The notes beneath the pieces are model-generated. The model was given only the letters and a program-made list of their open reading frames with translations. It searched no databases and was not told the DNA's origin. A stretch of DNA of 64,000 nucleotides from the human T2T-CHM13v2.0 reference genome, Homo sapiens, in NCBI RefSeq assembly GCF_009914755.1, contig NC_060926.1. One strand, 5' to 3'. This document shows positions 1 through 13,190 of the stretch, piece after piece; the stretch's first letter is position 1; each line of letters starts with the position of its first letter. A program made the position numbers and the translations under genes.

Positions 1-310
1 GCTGCTAGAAAGGCTGTGACCAAGAGGAATTTCAGGATGAATGGACTGCTGCAGCTCCTGAGTCCACTGCTACTCAGCCTGAGGGCGCAGACTGGTCTAA
101 AGGTGGCAGATGCCCTCTGTGCCTATTCAGCAGCTCCCTACTGAAGACTGGAGCGCTCTGCTTGCCACGGAAGACTAGTCTGCAGCTCCCACTGCTCAGC
201 CACTAAACGTGTAGGAGCAACCACTGAATGGGCTTAAGCTGTTTATCCACAGGCTTTTAAGCACCATGAAAAGAAGGCTGACAGAAATAAACACCAATTT
301 ATTTTAAAAA
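1..310 (+). pseudogene. 3' end of a processed RPSA (40S ribosomal protein SA / laminin receptor) pseudogene; probably RPSAP24 (name recalled from locus context)
   Basis: Tracks the RPSA C-terminus (AAEKAVTKEEFQGEWTA...PTEDWSA...ATEWVGATTDWS*) with no intron. It has single-base deletions and a TGG>TAG change (gaagactagtct), ancestral stop TAA at 235-237, RPSA-like 3' UTR, AATAAA at 286-291 and an A-tail remnant at 306-310. The 5' part lies outside the window. Confidence 0.93.
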
Positions 311-320
311 GGAAATGGTA

Positions 321-622
<302 letters not shown>

Positions 623-632
623 GGAAATGGTA

Positions 633-1195
633 TTGGAGCAGTCAGTCATTCTGAAAGTATTTGGGGTGTATTATAGAACAGAGCAAATGATTAAATATAT
701 TGATGTTTCCTTTTTGCTAACAGGTGTGTTAAAATAAACTAAATAAATGAATGTATTGATGGTGCTGGAAGTCAGCGTTCCCATTGTGGAGGAAGCAAAG
801 ATACAAATACGGATTGGGAAGATGAGGAGGAGTCCTGTGGAGCTGGGTTTTAATTGGAAGAAATTAAAAAAAAATACTAGTTTTCTAAAAATATGCATTT
901 CCTAGCTCTGTCCACCGAAAGGGTTTATAAACAATGGTATCCCAGTAGCAATGAGCAAACCTAGTGGCCAGAGCTTGGTTTCCCAATGCCATTTTCCACT
1001 AAAAGAAACCTTGGAGAAATGGCTGATTCCAGACCTGAAGCAGGGAAAATATGAAGTGAGCCACAAAGTAAGGAAGTGCTCAAAGACTGATGGGGTTATG
1101 TCAAAAGGATACTGACATCAGCTTGGAGGAACTTCCACTAACCAAATTTGGGACAATCTGACATCAAAAATAAGTTATTGTAGTAGATTGTAATG
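633..1195 (+). mobile_element. Old L1M (L1MC/L1MD-like) 3' fragment
   Basis: atgcatttcctagctctgtccac...ccattttccactaaaagaaacc resembles L1MC 3' UTR. It appears to resume after the LTR and continue to ~2430. Confidence 0.55.
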
Positions 1196-1199
1196 CAGA

Positions 1200-1482
1200 C
1201 CTCAGAAGATTCGCCTCAAGATCCTGGAGGCCCTTCCATAGGGCTTCTTGACAGCATGGCAGCTGGCTTCCCCTAGAACAAGCCGTGTGACAGTTCCCAA
1301 AATGAAAACTGTAGTGTTTTTATAACCTCATCTCAGAAGTGACAGTCTATAACTTCTCACTTATTCTATTCTTTAGAAGCAAGTCACTAAGTCCAACCCA
1401 TACCTAAGGGGAGGGGGAACCCAAGGATGTGGACACCAGGAGGTAAGGACCAATGGGGGCCATCTTAGAGGGCACCCACACC
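1200..1482 (-). mobile_element. MLT1-family MaLR LTR fragment
   Basis: cagcatggcagctggcttccc...agtcactaagtccaaccca...ggggccatcttagagg is the reverse complement of the MLT1 start seen at 11936. Confidence 0.7.
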
Positions 1483-1766
1483 AAGTAATGAAGTGTAACC
1501 ACATCATCAGTAATGGAACAAAGTGACATTATGTGCCTCCTGATACACCACAATGCATGATACAGATATAGTATTCTTGGGGGAAAAGGAAGGAAGAAAC
1601 AAACAGACAAATCCAGAATGTGGGACACTCTATGAGAGAACCAGTTTGAATTCTTAAAAAGTGTCAATATCATGAAAAAGATAAAATAATTGCTGTAAGT
1701 TACAGAAGACTAAAGAGACATGACAAATCAGTGAGATTTGTGATCCTTAAAAAAGATTCAGGATCA

Positions 1767-2073
<307 letters not shown>

Positions 2074-2629
2074 GATTCAGGATCAAAAAACAAAAAGAGC
2101 TATAAAAGACATTTTTGAACCAATTTGAATATAGACTACATATTGAACTATTAAGTATATGTTAAATGTGTTGGGTGTGATAATGGTATTATGATTGTGG
2201 AAGAGAATCCCTTTCTTCTAAGAGAAACATGCTGAAATATTTATGTGCCAAGTGTACAATCTCTGCAAGTCGTTTTCTAACAGTTCAGGAAAGCAAAACC
2301 AAAACAAAAAGCCTCTAATGTATAAATACGTATACAAGTGTGTATATATGTTTGGAAATGTGAAGGATATACTCACGTTTATTGTCCTGCTCTTTCAATT
2401 TTTCTAAGTTTAAAGTTTTCCAAATAAAAGGTTGCTGAGGTGGAAGGTGGGAGTGGATATTAGGAGTTTTAGGAATTTAATCAAATATTTATGGGAAAGA
2501 CCCTTGGTATGTGTTGGGCTGCCCTAGGGATTCCAGGGAACCCACAGATGGTCTCTTGGTGGTGCCCAGTGTATGTGTTGGGGATTCTCTGAGCCAGTGC
2601 TCACTCCATGTTGAGAGGTGAAAAGGCAA

Positions 2630-2905
2630 CGTCTTAGTCTGTTTGTGCTATAACAGAATACCTGAGACTGAGTGATTGGTAATGAGCAGAACCTTATTGG
2701 CTCACAGTTCTGGGGGCTGGGAAGTCCAACTTCGAGGCACCAGCCAGTGAGCACCTTCTTGCTGCAGCATCACATGGTGGACAGCAGAAGGGCAAAAGGC
2801 AAAAGGGGCCAAACTGGCCCTTTTATAACTGCATCAGTCATTAGTTCCCATCATTAGCAATCACATTTCAACATGAATTTAGTAGACAAACATTCGAACC
2901 ATAGG
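2630..2905 (-). mobile_element. MaLR LTR (MST/MLT1A-like), partial
   Basis: gtcttagtctgtttgtgctataacagaatacctgagactg...ctcacagttctgggggctgggaagtccaa...cacatttcaacatgaa...aaccatag. Confidence 0.75.
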
Positions 2906-3065
2906 GAGTCAAAGCAGACCTGGATTCTAAACCTTGCTCTGCCCCTTCCTGGCTATGTGACTTTGGATAAGTTATTAATCCTCTCTGACCCTCAGTTTCC
3001 TCAATTGTGAAGTGAGAGAGATCATGCCTACTCAGCAGGGTTGTTCAAATGTGCTAAATAAATAG
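2905..3065 (+). mobile_element. MIR SINE
   Basis: MIR core tgtgactttggataagttattaatcctctctgaccctcagtttcctc. Confidence 0.8.
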
Positions 3066-4789
3066 TACTTCCCTCATATTCCTTTCCTTGTACCACCTCC
3101 CAAATCACCAATTTATTCATTCATTAACTATTTATTGTTATTCCTTACAATGGGCAAGGGGTACAAATCCGAGTCAAGTTACTCTTTACTAACAAAAGAT
3201 AAGCATTGGGTGTTAAGGAGTGAGGAGTTGCCCCAGAAGACTTCATAGAGGCTGGGCTGTCGGGCAGAGTCTAGGATCATGAGCTTGGTGGCCTGCACAG
3301 GTGATGGAAGAGGAGCCTAACCTGCAATGAGGGCCCTCAGAGGCAAAAGTAGTGGGTAGTTCAGGTGTCAGGAGGGTGGCTGGACTGGGGGTGTTTGGTG
3401 AAGTGGGCAGGGCCAGGTTAGGAAATGGGTTGGGCCCCGCGTGAGCAGCGTAGGGCCTTGTCTAGAATGACAGGGTGCCCCTAAAAAATGCATTTCCAAA
3501 GATCGCTTAGTACTGACCATGACAAGCTTTGATGTTTGGTTCACAAAATGCAGTAGGTGGAGCTCAGCTGTATTATACTGGTTTAAAAAAACAACAACAC
3601 TTGAATGGATAAATAGAAGGAAGCTATGGACCCTAAATTTTTCTGTGGCCTTTCTCACCACCTTCTTCCCAGAAGAGGAAGAAGAAGCCTGGCTAGGGGA
3701 TTAGGCCTGACAAAATAGGGCCTGCCTTTGAGAAGGGTGATATTTTTCAGATAGAGGCACACAAAGAAAAAAATAAAGAGAGAAGGGAGGATTGCAGAAT
3801 AAAGCTCTTCTGTCACCTGTTGTCACCATCTCCTTATGCAGCCTCTGTCCACAAGCACCTAATGCCCTTACCACCACCCTAGACTAGATTGCAGGGACTA
3901 CCACTTTCTAAATCACATGTTTCTGTAATACATTAATTTTCTTTTTGCCGGAAATGTATATTACTTTTGTAATCTGAAAAAAAATGACCAGAGAGAGAGA
4001 GAAACCCTAAACGTCCAATTCCCATACTAATCTAGACTGATCTTCTTGAAAGAGCTGCTTCCTCCCACATCAGTCCCCTTATAATCCCTGCCATTGTTCG
4101 GTCTCCTCTGCTCCTTTCTCCATTTCTAGATTGCCAGGAAGTAAGAGAGAGGAGGGGGCGTCACAGTGGCCTGGCTTCAAGTCCTTGCTGGGGGACACAT
4201 GGAGGAACCCAGCCTGTGCCAGCCCTGGTGCTGAGAACTCCAGGTTCCCGGTCCCTGCGGGGACCCCAGGGCTCACCACTGGGATCCTGGCAGAGCGGCC
4301 CTGGGGTGCCCCGGCCAGGGAGCCTCAGCCCCCGCCGGATGTGCACGCGCAGAAGGAAGCTTCTTGACTTATGCTAAATCATTTTTCTAAGAACAAAAAC
4401 TATGTACAAATGAATATTTCCATCTTTATTTCAAATTCTAGGTTTCAACTGCAATATTAATGCTACTCCACAGTGTAATTTACTTGTAATAATATATCAT
4501 TATTTCTATTTTACAGTTCTCTTCTTAAAGTAGTAAAGCAAATGTTTAAAACAGCACAAATCCGAAGCCCCACAATTCTCCATTCAGGCTCAGAATTTGT
4601 GCTCTCCTTTCAGAATGGCACATAATTGAAAACAATGAACACCCCCAATGTGCTAAACGCTCTAGTCATTAAAGCATTTTTTTACTTTGCAATAAAAGAC
4701 TGTTCTTGTGGTTGTGGTTATTTATTTATTTATTTTTAGAAACCCCAAACACGCTGCTTCCTGTTCCCAGACTGACATCTGCTGGGGAT

Positions 4790-4925
4790 GTCAGGCTGAC
4801 CGGCTCCCCGCCAGGCCCGCAGCCGGCTGCCACTCGCGCCCACGAAGGGCAGCGGAGGGACGCGCCCGGGGCGCAACCCGCGGCGTCTGCTGGGCGCTCT
4901 CCCTCCGGCTGGCGTGCAGGCTCAG
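4790..4925. promoter_or_regulatory. Small non-repeat CpG-dense patch (candidate regulatory element)
   Basis: 18 CpGs counted in 4801-4920, in otherwise CpG-depleted DNA. No repeat recognised. Function is inferred. Confidence 0.45.
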
Positions 4926-5399
4926 GAACTGGCCCTGGAGTCCCCAGTTTCTTTCTGGCTTGTAGCTGCTGAGTTAAATCCCAGAATGGCACTGGCTTGG
5001 CACAGGATCCTGGCTGTTGGCGGCTCAGGTGAGGTACTGATGCCCAGGTGAGGATTTGGAGGCAAAAATAGGCACACGGGCAGAGTGGGTGTCCTCTGCG
5101 TGCTGGATGCTCAAGTTTCCTTGCTTTCTGGAGGACGTCTACCCTGTGTATCTTTCACTTTTTTCTGTAGTGGTTCCTACGCCTTTGGTAGAACAGCTCC
5201 CTGTTTAGTCAGCCCTGGGCATCGGGTCCTGTAAGGGAGGATCTCCATCCATCCCCACAGATTCCAATCAGCAACCTTCAAGCTTAACAACCAGGAGCCG
5301 AGCTTCCTGTTCCACCCAGAATGAGTAGAATGAGGGCCGGTTTGTCTTCTCTTCTAACCCCTCCTTTGTCCCAACCTTGTTGTTGTTTACCCTGTGGCT

Positions 5400-5455
5400 G
5401 GGGCAGGGGGGTGAAGCTGTGAGGGGCAGGGGGGTGAAGCTGTGAGGGGCTGGGG
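5400..5455 (+). repeat. 23-bp G-rich tandem duplication
   Basis: ggggcaggggggtgaagctgtga at 5400-5422 and 5423-5445, then a partial third copy. Confidence 0.9.
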
Positions 5456-6141
5456 AAGGGCAATGTTCCTTTTCTGTCTCCTGGAGACGTCCAACAGCTC
5501 TAGGAGCCTCTTACTATCTGTGAAAGGATGGCATCAAGCCTGAGTCTCTGACGCTGCTCTGGGCAACCTGCCCCTCCAGGCCCTTGCAGGACATTTTCTT
5601 TTCTTTCAAAAAAATTTTTTAAAATATATTTTTTACTTTTCAGGGAATGACCTAGAACATTGCAGAACATTTTTGTGAGATGCCCTTGGCCCCTCACAAA
5701 GCCAGCATCCTGCCCCAGCCAGCCCCTAACACGCTCTCCTGCACACACCTCCAGGGGGTCTGCATTCCTGCCTCTCTGAACCCTCCCGTTCACCCACATC
5801 TGTGCCTTCCTGGCCATCAGCCTGCCAGCCTGATCACTAGCCTTTCCCTCTTGCTCCCCGGTATCTTTCCTCTCTGGCCAAACTTCTCACCCCCATCCAC
5901 AAACGGTACTCTCAACGGCAACCCCAACCCACTTAAACACCTTTAATGAAATCTCATTGCCACAGAAAAAGCCCTATCCTTCGGCTTAATGTCCAGAGAC
6001 AACATAGCCTAGTCCAGCCCAGCCCAGCCAGGGTTTCCCAAAGCCTGGGAGCCTACCTTGGGGTCAGGGGATGCCCATGGAATCATTTTGTGGGGATGAG
6101 GTGGGGGCATTAAGAATGGAGTCACTGAATGAGAAAGTGAT

Positions 6142-6502
6142 TGTATTAGTTCAATTTCACACTACTATAAAGATACTACCCAAGACTGCGTAGTTGATAA
6201 AGAAAAGAGGTTTAATTGACTTACAGTTTCACATGGCTGGGGAGGCCTCAGGAAACTTACAATCATGGAGGAAGGAGAAGCAGGCATCTTCTTCACAAGG
6301 TGACAGGAGAGACAGAAAAAGCCCAGGGGGACTGCCATTTATAAAACCAACAGATATCATGAGAAGTCCCTCACTATCACGAGAACAGCATGGAGGAAAC
6401 CGCCCCCATGATCCAATCACTTCCCACCAGGTCCCTCCCTCAACACCTGGGATTACAATTCAAGATAAGATTTGGGTGGGGACACAAAGCCTAACCATAT
6501 CA
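6142..6502 (-). mobile_element. THE1D/MSTA-type solo LTR (ERVL-MaLR)
   Basis: Minus strand begins tgatatggttaggctttgtgtccccacccaaatc and ends taataca. 5-bp TSD GTGAT at 6137-6141 and 6503-6507. Confidence 0.92.
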
Positions 6503-7117
6503 GTGATTCTGTTATGGAGAAAGTCTGGTTTGGTGTGCGTCAGCTTATTTTTTTTAAATAAACTTTAAATTTCAGAATAGTTGAAGATTTACAGAAAAAT
6601 TGCAAGAACATTACATACAGTTCCTAAATACCCAACACCCAGTTTCCTCATTGTTAACATTGCTAGTGGAAGCTTTGAACACCTCCCTGATGCCAGTGAA
6701 TCTCCTTTCAACAAGGATGCACCTCTGTAGCCACAGCTGGGAGGCTGAGCTGGACTCTAAGAACAAAGCTTTGTATGCAACAAATATATTTTCTGTTACC
6801 TTCTAGTTCCAGCAAGTGAGACTACTCATCCACATTCTAAAATCTACAAATCTCTGAAAAATGAAAGCTTTTTTTGTAATGTTGGGGCCAAAGCTCCTTG
6901 AGGCAAGCTATATATAGCTTCTGTCCTACTTGGTGTAAATAGTCATACATTTCTCTGAGAAATATTTATTGATTCTTTGGCTTCTGGGGGTGTTAACTAC
7001 TGCAGGGCGTATGCTCTATATCTCCTTTCTAAATCAGAAAAAAATCTGAATTCCAAAACATATCTGGCACTATAGTTTTCCATTTTATGGTTGTGATATA
7101 GTTCAAAAGTAAATTTA

Positions 7118-7255
7118 CGCCAGGAGTGGTGGCTCGCACCTGTAATTTCAACACTTTGGGAGGCTGAAGCAGGAGGATCACTTGAGTCTAGGAGTTGGAG
7201 ATCAGCCTGGGCAACAAAGCAAGACCCCATCTCTATTTATTAAAAAATAAAAATG
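7118..7255 (+). mobile_element. FLAM / AluJ left monomer
   Basis: Single left Alu monomer followed by an A-rich tail. Confidence 0.85.
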
Positions 7256-9509
7256 AAAATCAGTAAATAAATTTAAATAAAAAGAACAAGTCATTTAAAG
7301 AAAAACAGTAAATAAATTGTAAATACAAATTACCTGTATTTTTAAGTTTCTCTTTTACTTTTTCCCACTCTTCAAATAAACACACTAATTACTAGCACCA
7401 AAAACAAAACAAAGAATCTGCTTTGCCTTCAGGGTCCAATCTAAACTCCTCCACCCCCTGGCCATACCACGGTCCTGCTATATACCAGGCCTGCTCATGC
7501 CTCCAGGCCTTTACACGTTCTGCTAGTCTCCTTAAAATGCTTTTCCCACTTCTTTCCCTGGCAAACTCTAGGCCCTTCTTCCAAACTCAGCTCAGATGCT
7601 ACCTCCTGCAGGAAGCCCTCCCTGGTTGCATCAGTCTTAATTAAGTGGTCATCCTGTGTGGTCCCGTGGTATGCTGCACACAATACTGTAGGTTAGGAAG
7701 GGGTTTGACCCCTAGCTCTGCCTCTTTTCAGCTGGATAATTCGGGTCACTTAATTATGCTCACTAAGCCTAATTAGTAAGATGAGTAATGATAGTTACTA
7801 TTTATTGAATTCATGCATTATTCTAAATGCTTCACATGTGTAAATTCATGTAATCTTCACAACAAACCTGAGAGGTAGAAACTGTTATGATCCCCATGTA
7901 ACATATCAGGGAATTGAAGCCCTGGGAGGGTAATTCCTTCTCAAAGTCACAATAGGCAGGGGCAGCCAGGACTTCTTCCCCTGTTTCTCTTATTCCCCAC
8001 TGCAGAGTAGCTAGGGAAGAGCCTATATCACAGGTTACCAGGAGAATAAAATGAGATAGCCCAGGTCAAAGGCTTCATCTTTGCAGGCTACCCCTGGCCA
8101 AGCCTGTACTTGATACCCGAGACTTGGCAGGCACTTATTTATCTGCCTCTGAAGCTAGCTCAGCCAGGGGGCTGCAAGCCGCTGTTCTCTGCTGCTCCTC
8201 TTGGTTTTATCATTGCCTCATTGGAATCTTCCTGCCTGGCCCAAGCTGGGTGGGGCCTCTCCACAGTGCTTTCTACTGTAATCAGTATTTACAATTTTGG
8301 CCTCTCCCTCTGAGCTCAGCAGAAAGAAATGTGCCCCACGCACATTTGCCTTTCATCTAGCGCCCTGCACAGGGTTTGAACCAAAAGAACTTCATAAACA
8401 TGAGAAGAATAAACGATGAAATAAATGCATGGATGAAAGGATGGATGGATGAACAAAGAAGGAATGGACACATTTTTGTCTTTAGAATTTCTAACACAAG
8501 GACATACCATAACTAGCGCAGAGTGAAAAACATTATCCAGATAACACTCTTCTAACCAGACGTTCAGAGACTGAACTTTGAAAACAAAGGGAAGGAAAGA
8601 AAACAGCTCTTTGCACTGCACTGCACTGTATGTCTGCACTTGGAGTAAAATAATGTGGTAGTGATATTCAGCTCTCATGGTCTTCCCTTGAGATGGGAAG
8701 CTGGAAAAGGAGCGGTTGACATTCATGATAAAGCTAAAACATCTTAACGGGCACTGAATAAGTTTGATGTTATAAATGCCATTTATAAGCGAATCTGAGG
8801 CAAGATCCTAAACAACAGAGAACAGCTGCGGCACATGAGCACTTACTGACAGGCTCCAGGCCACACAGGCTCTGGATTTGACGACTGCCACACTTCAGCA
8901 CTGGCGCAGGAGCTGCTTATGGAAAAGCTGCATAGATGGCCCAATAACCACCCAAGACAGAAAGCCTATATTTCGATGATTTGCAAAAGGATGAAATGAC
9001 ATTGTCATTCAGTTTATTAGATTACTGCTTCTTATCTCCTTTCTCCTCTTTTAAATTTGGCACTAGGAGGATAACATATTCACTAATGATTGTGGTTTTT
9101 AAAGGTAAAAATGTTTAATTATGAGATAAGAGGAAATTATTTGCTGGAGAGCACGGAGCAGCCCGTGTGAGTACAGGAATGGCACCCTTAGGCACTGCTG
9201 TTTAATTTACAAGCTATTTATCTCCTCACCTACACCCAGCAGAAACAACTAGCACTTGGTAATTTGTTGATCTTATCTAAGTCATAGGATCTGTTATCAT
9301 AGTTGCCACCACTGTAAAGGCTACACTATGTGAAATGAACAATTTAGAAATGGCTGGCTATTCGGTCATGCTCATTTAACTTGTTTTGAATTTATTTTAG
9401 ACTGGTGAAGTCTTCACATTTTGGTCTCACTTCTAAATCAATGCATTAATTTTGGGAGGGATTTTAAGACGTTTTCAGAGACTTGTATTTAATACTATCA
9501 CAGTGGGGA

Positions 9510-9567
9510 CCAGACTCCTTTTCCAAGGAGCCACCCAGACCCCTTTTCCAAGGAGCCACCCAGACCC
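9510..9567 (+). repeat. 25-bp tandem duplication
   Basis: ccagac(t/c)ccttttccaaggagccac at 9510-9534 and 9535-9559, one mismatch. Confidence 0.9.
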
Positions 9568-10154
9568 TCAGAAAGCAGTACCTGTGGAAACACAAGTGAA
9601 CGGGATGAAGAATGATGCGATCTTGTATGAAAGTTTTCAAACAGCCGCCAAGAACAGCAACTCCTCTCCCATCGGCCCTCGGCCCCCCGGGACTCAGTGA
9701 CTCCAGGTCAGCTGGGATTCCCAGGCTCTACCCTCCCTCCCCTTTAGTACCTAATCCCTTGAAGGGCTGAGATGAAAGTATTTCCAGACTGTCTTACTGT
9801 CTGTCACAGATTGTGAGCCCAGAGGTCACTCTGGCACCTCCTTGGCACCCGCTGGTTTTGCAAGAGACCATGGGAAGCACTTGCAGAGTTTCCCTGAACT
9901 GTGCTCCACAAAACTGTTCCAAAGTCAAATCAGTGTGGTGGAGGGAAAGGGGGTTTTAGATAGGAACTTTTTCTCGTCCCTCCCAATTCCATACCGTTCC
10001 TCCCCCATTGAAGCAGGCGGGGCACAGTGCTCATTACCTTCTGGAGGCTGCTGATCGGACGGGAAACAAAGCCAAAGTCCTTGGGAGAATTCAGCTGACT
10101 CTCAAGCAAAGGCTGGATGAAGGGAGAGAGACTTACTCCAGCCTGGAAAGGGTT

Positions 10155-10290
10155 TTTGAGGAGAGAAGAAAAGGGGAAGGGAGACAGGAAGAAAAGGAGA
10201 AAAGGGAAGGGGAGGAGGAATGCGGTAGGGAAACAGGAGTCTGGAAGAGAAGTAGGGGGCGGGGAAGGAAGAGGGGAGAGGGAGGAAGCC
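10155..10290 (+). repeat. GA-rich low-complexity purine tract
   Basis: Mostly A/G sequence such as gaggagagaagaaaaggggaagggagac. Confidence 0.75.
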
Positions 10291-10934
10291 AGGGTTTGTG
10301 GCTCAGGAGAGCCCCAGGCCCAGCCTGCAAGCAGAGCACCAGGGAGGTGGCAGAGACAAAGTGGTCAGGAAGTGCACCTAGACTGGGCTTGCAAACGCAA
10401 ATGCTTTCAGGAGTCAGGCAGAACGGGTGAAACAGGCCTGAGAGGCAGTGGGAAATAGGAGAGGCTGAATCACAGGGAGGGAAGCATGCACCCCCACCCA
10501 GAGGATGAGGATCCCTTTCCCTCGAGCATCTCCCAGAAACTGAGCTCAGTCCTCAGACCTGGCAGATCCTGTGAACAGGGATTCTGGGCGTCTGAGCAGT
10601 GCCTGAGTGGATCAACAAGTGAGAACCAGGTGGTGGTGGTGGTTTTTTTCCCTCATCAATCTGGAAGAAAAGGGAGTCAAAATCAGAAATTAAATAGCTT
10701 CTTAGACACTTGGGTCTGTGCACCAAAATTTATACCAACGTCCTATGTTTGGGAAATGTTTATTTCACAAAGTTAAACAAATTTCCTTATTGTGGGACTT
10801 CTCAGAAATTTTAACATGATAAGATACTACATTCAGGATCTCAGGAAAAGGGATTCAAAAGATCACTAGTGCACTGGTAAATTATTAATAACCAACTTAA
10901 GGTTTAAATCAGGGATTTCAAAAATCCTAATTTG

Positions 10935-11226
10935 ACTGCGTGCAGCAGCTCATGCCCATAGTCCCAGTGCCTTGGGAGGTCGAAGTACGAGGATGGCATG
11001 AGGCCAGAAGTTTGAGACCAGTCTGGTTAACATAGTGAGACAGCCATCTCTAGAAAAAGTAGGTTAGTCAGGCGCAGTGGCCTGTACTTGTAGTCTCAGC
11101 TACTCAGGAGGCTGAGGTGGGAGGATTGCTTGAGCCCAGGAGTTTCAGGCTGCAGTGATCTATTAATATGATAGTGCCACTGCACTCTAGCCGTGTGACA
11201 GAGCGAGACCCTGTGTCTAAAAATAA
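10935..11226 (+). mobile_element. AluJ SINE (diverged)
   Basis: J-type right arm ggaggattgcttgagcccaggagt...gaccctgtgtct. Confidence 0.88.
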
Positions 11227-11515
11227 CAACAACTCTGATTTGTAGCACTGCCAGTTTTCATGGTGTAAATACTGTGATGGGCCATCCTAGCGCCAGAGCT
11301 TTCCTTGGGATTGGCTGAGGCCTTTGCTGCTCCACAATTCCCTGATCCCAATACTAGTTCCTTCGCTCCCCAACAAGCGGTGGTGATCCAAAGGGTTCTT
11401 TTCCGCAATAAACTTCTTGCATGCTAGTGTCTGCCTTGGAGATGTCTCCCAGGCAACTTGACCCAAGACTGGTCCTTTTACTCACAGTCATGAGTTATAA
11501 AAAGAATTTGCTTCC

Positions 11516-11838
<323 letters not shown>

Positions 11839-11935
11839 TCATTATGATATTTCTGCATAGTTCGGGTTGATTATGCCTATGCCAGAATCTGATCTATATG
11901 GCATAACATACAGAAGGAATAAAAGACAGGGTCCC

Positions 11936-12403
11936 TGTGGTAACCAGCCTCTAAGATGGCCCCAAATGATTCCTGCTTCCTGGTATTCATGACCCTGTGG
12001 AGAACTGATGTAGGTACCCAATAGGATATTTTGGAAATGACAGTGTTTGACTCCTGAGCCTGGGCCATAAAAGACCTATGGCTTTTGCCTTGCTCTTGCT
12101 TGAGTCACTCACTCTGGAGAAAGCCAGATGCCATGTTATGAGGGCTCCTGAGTGGCTCTGGGAAGTAGCTCCACCAAACAGTCCACATGGTGAGAAACTG
12201 AGTAGCTCCAGTTTTGCGGTCACGAGAGTGAGCTACCTCGGGAGTACTGTCTGCAGCTCCAGCCCGGCCCTTGGATCGCTGTGCACAGATGAGCTGCTTC
12301 CACCGACTTCTGGCTTGCAAAAACTGCTAGGTCATAAATGTTATTGTTGTTTGAAGATGTTAAATCTGGGGTGACTTGTTATGCAGCACTGTATAACTAA
12401 TAC
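11936..12403 (+). mobile_element. MLT1 (F/G-like) MaLR solo LTR
   Basis: Starts tgtggtaaccagcctctaagatggccc and ends gttatgcagcactgtataactaataca (TG...CA termini). Confidence 0.82.
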
Positions 12404-12643
12404 AGCACCTAATCTATAAGAGCTTTATAACTTCACAGGGGAGAAAAGATGGATCTGAATATGTAAAACTGTGAAATAAACCAGTATGTATGAACCATAT
12501 ACCAACTGTCACAAGTTCTGAGAAATGAGAGGAGGAAAGAAGGAGGCTGTACAGTTGACAAACAAGGACCCCCAATTAGGAGGTCAATATTAGAAGAAAA
12601 GGAGGTTCGAAGAAAGGCAGGACCACATCTTGGGTTCTCTCCA

Positions 12644-12948
12644 TTTTTGTTTTTTGTTTATTTTTTTGAGACGGTCTTGCTCTGTTACCTAGGCTGGAGT
12701 GCAGTGGCATGATCTTGGCTCACTGCAGCCTCTGCTCCCGGGCTCAAGTGATCCTCCCACCTCAGCCTCCCTAGCAGCTGGGACGACAGGTGCAAACCAC
12801 CATGCCTGGCAATTTTTTTTTTGTATTTTTAGTAGAGACAGGGTTTCACCATGTTGGTCAGGCTAGTCTCAAACTCCTGACCTCCTGATCCGCCCGCCTT
12901 GGCCTCCCAAAATGCTGGAATTACAGGCATAAGCCACCGTGCCCGGCC
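12644..12948 (-). mobile_element. Alu, apparently chimeric (AluJ right arm / AluSg-Sc-like left arm)
   Basis: The right arm has J-type gggctcaagtgatcctcccacc. The left arm has S-type ttttagtagagac and the short gacctcctgatccgcccgcc. Confidence 0.85.
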
Positions 12949-13041
12949 ATTTCCTTTTTGAAGAAACCAAATTCTTGAGGAGTTTATGCAAATATTCTTT
13001 GCAAAATGTGAAATGCACTTGAAAATCAAGAATACATCTTT

Positions 13042-13190
13042 AGCTGGGCACAGTGGCACACACCTATAGTCCCAGCTACTCAGGAGACTGAGGTGGGAAG
13101 ATTGCTTGAGCACAGGAGCTGGAGACTAGCCAACACAGCAAGACCCCAACTAGGCAACACAGCAAGACCCCATCTCTGAAAAAAAAAAAC
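13042..13190 (+). mobile_element. FLAM_A-like Alu monomer with internal duplication
   Basis: Monomer containing caacacagcaagacccca twice, followed by poly(A). Confidence 0.8.

Noticed and set aside
10008-10458. Glu/Arg/Gly-rich ORFs of 140 and 113 aa
   Set aside because: Caused by a purine-rich low-complexity tract that lacks stop codons.
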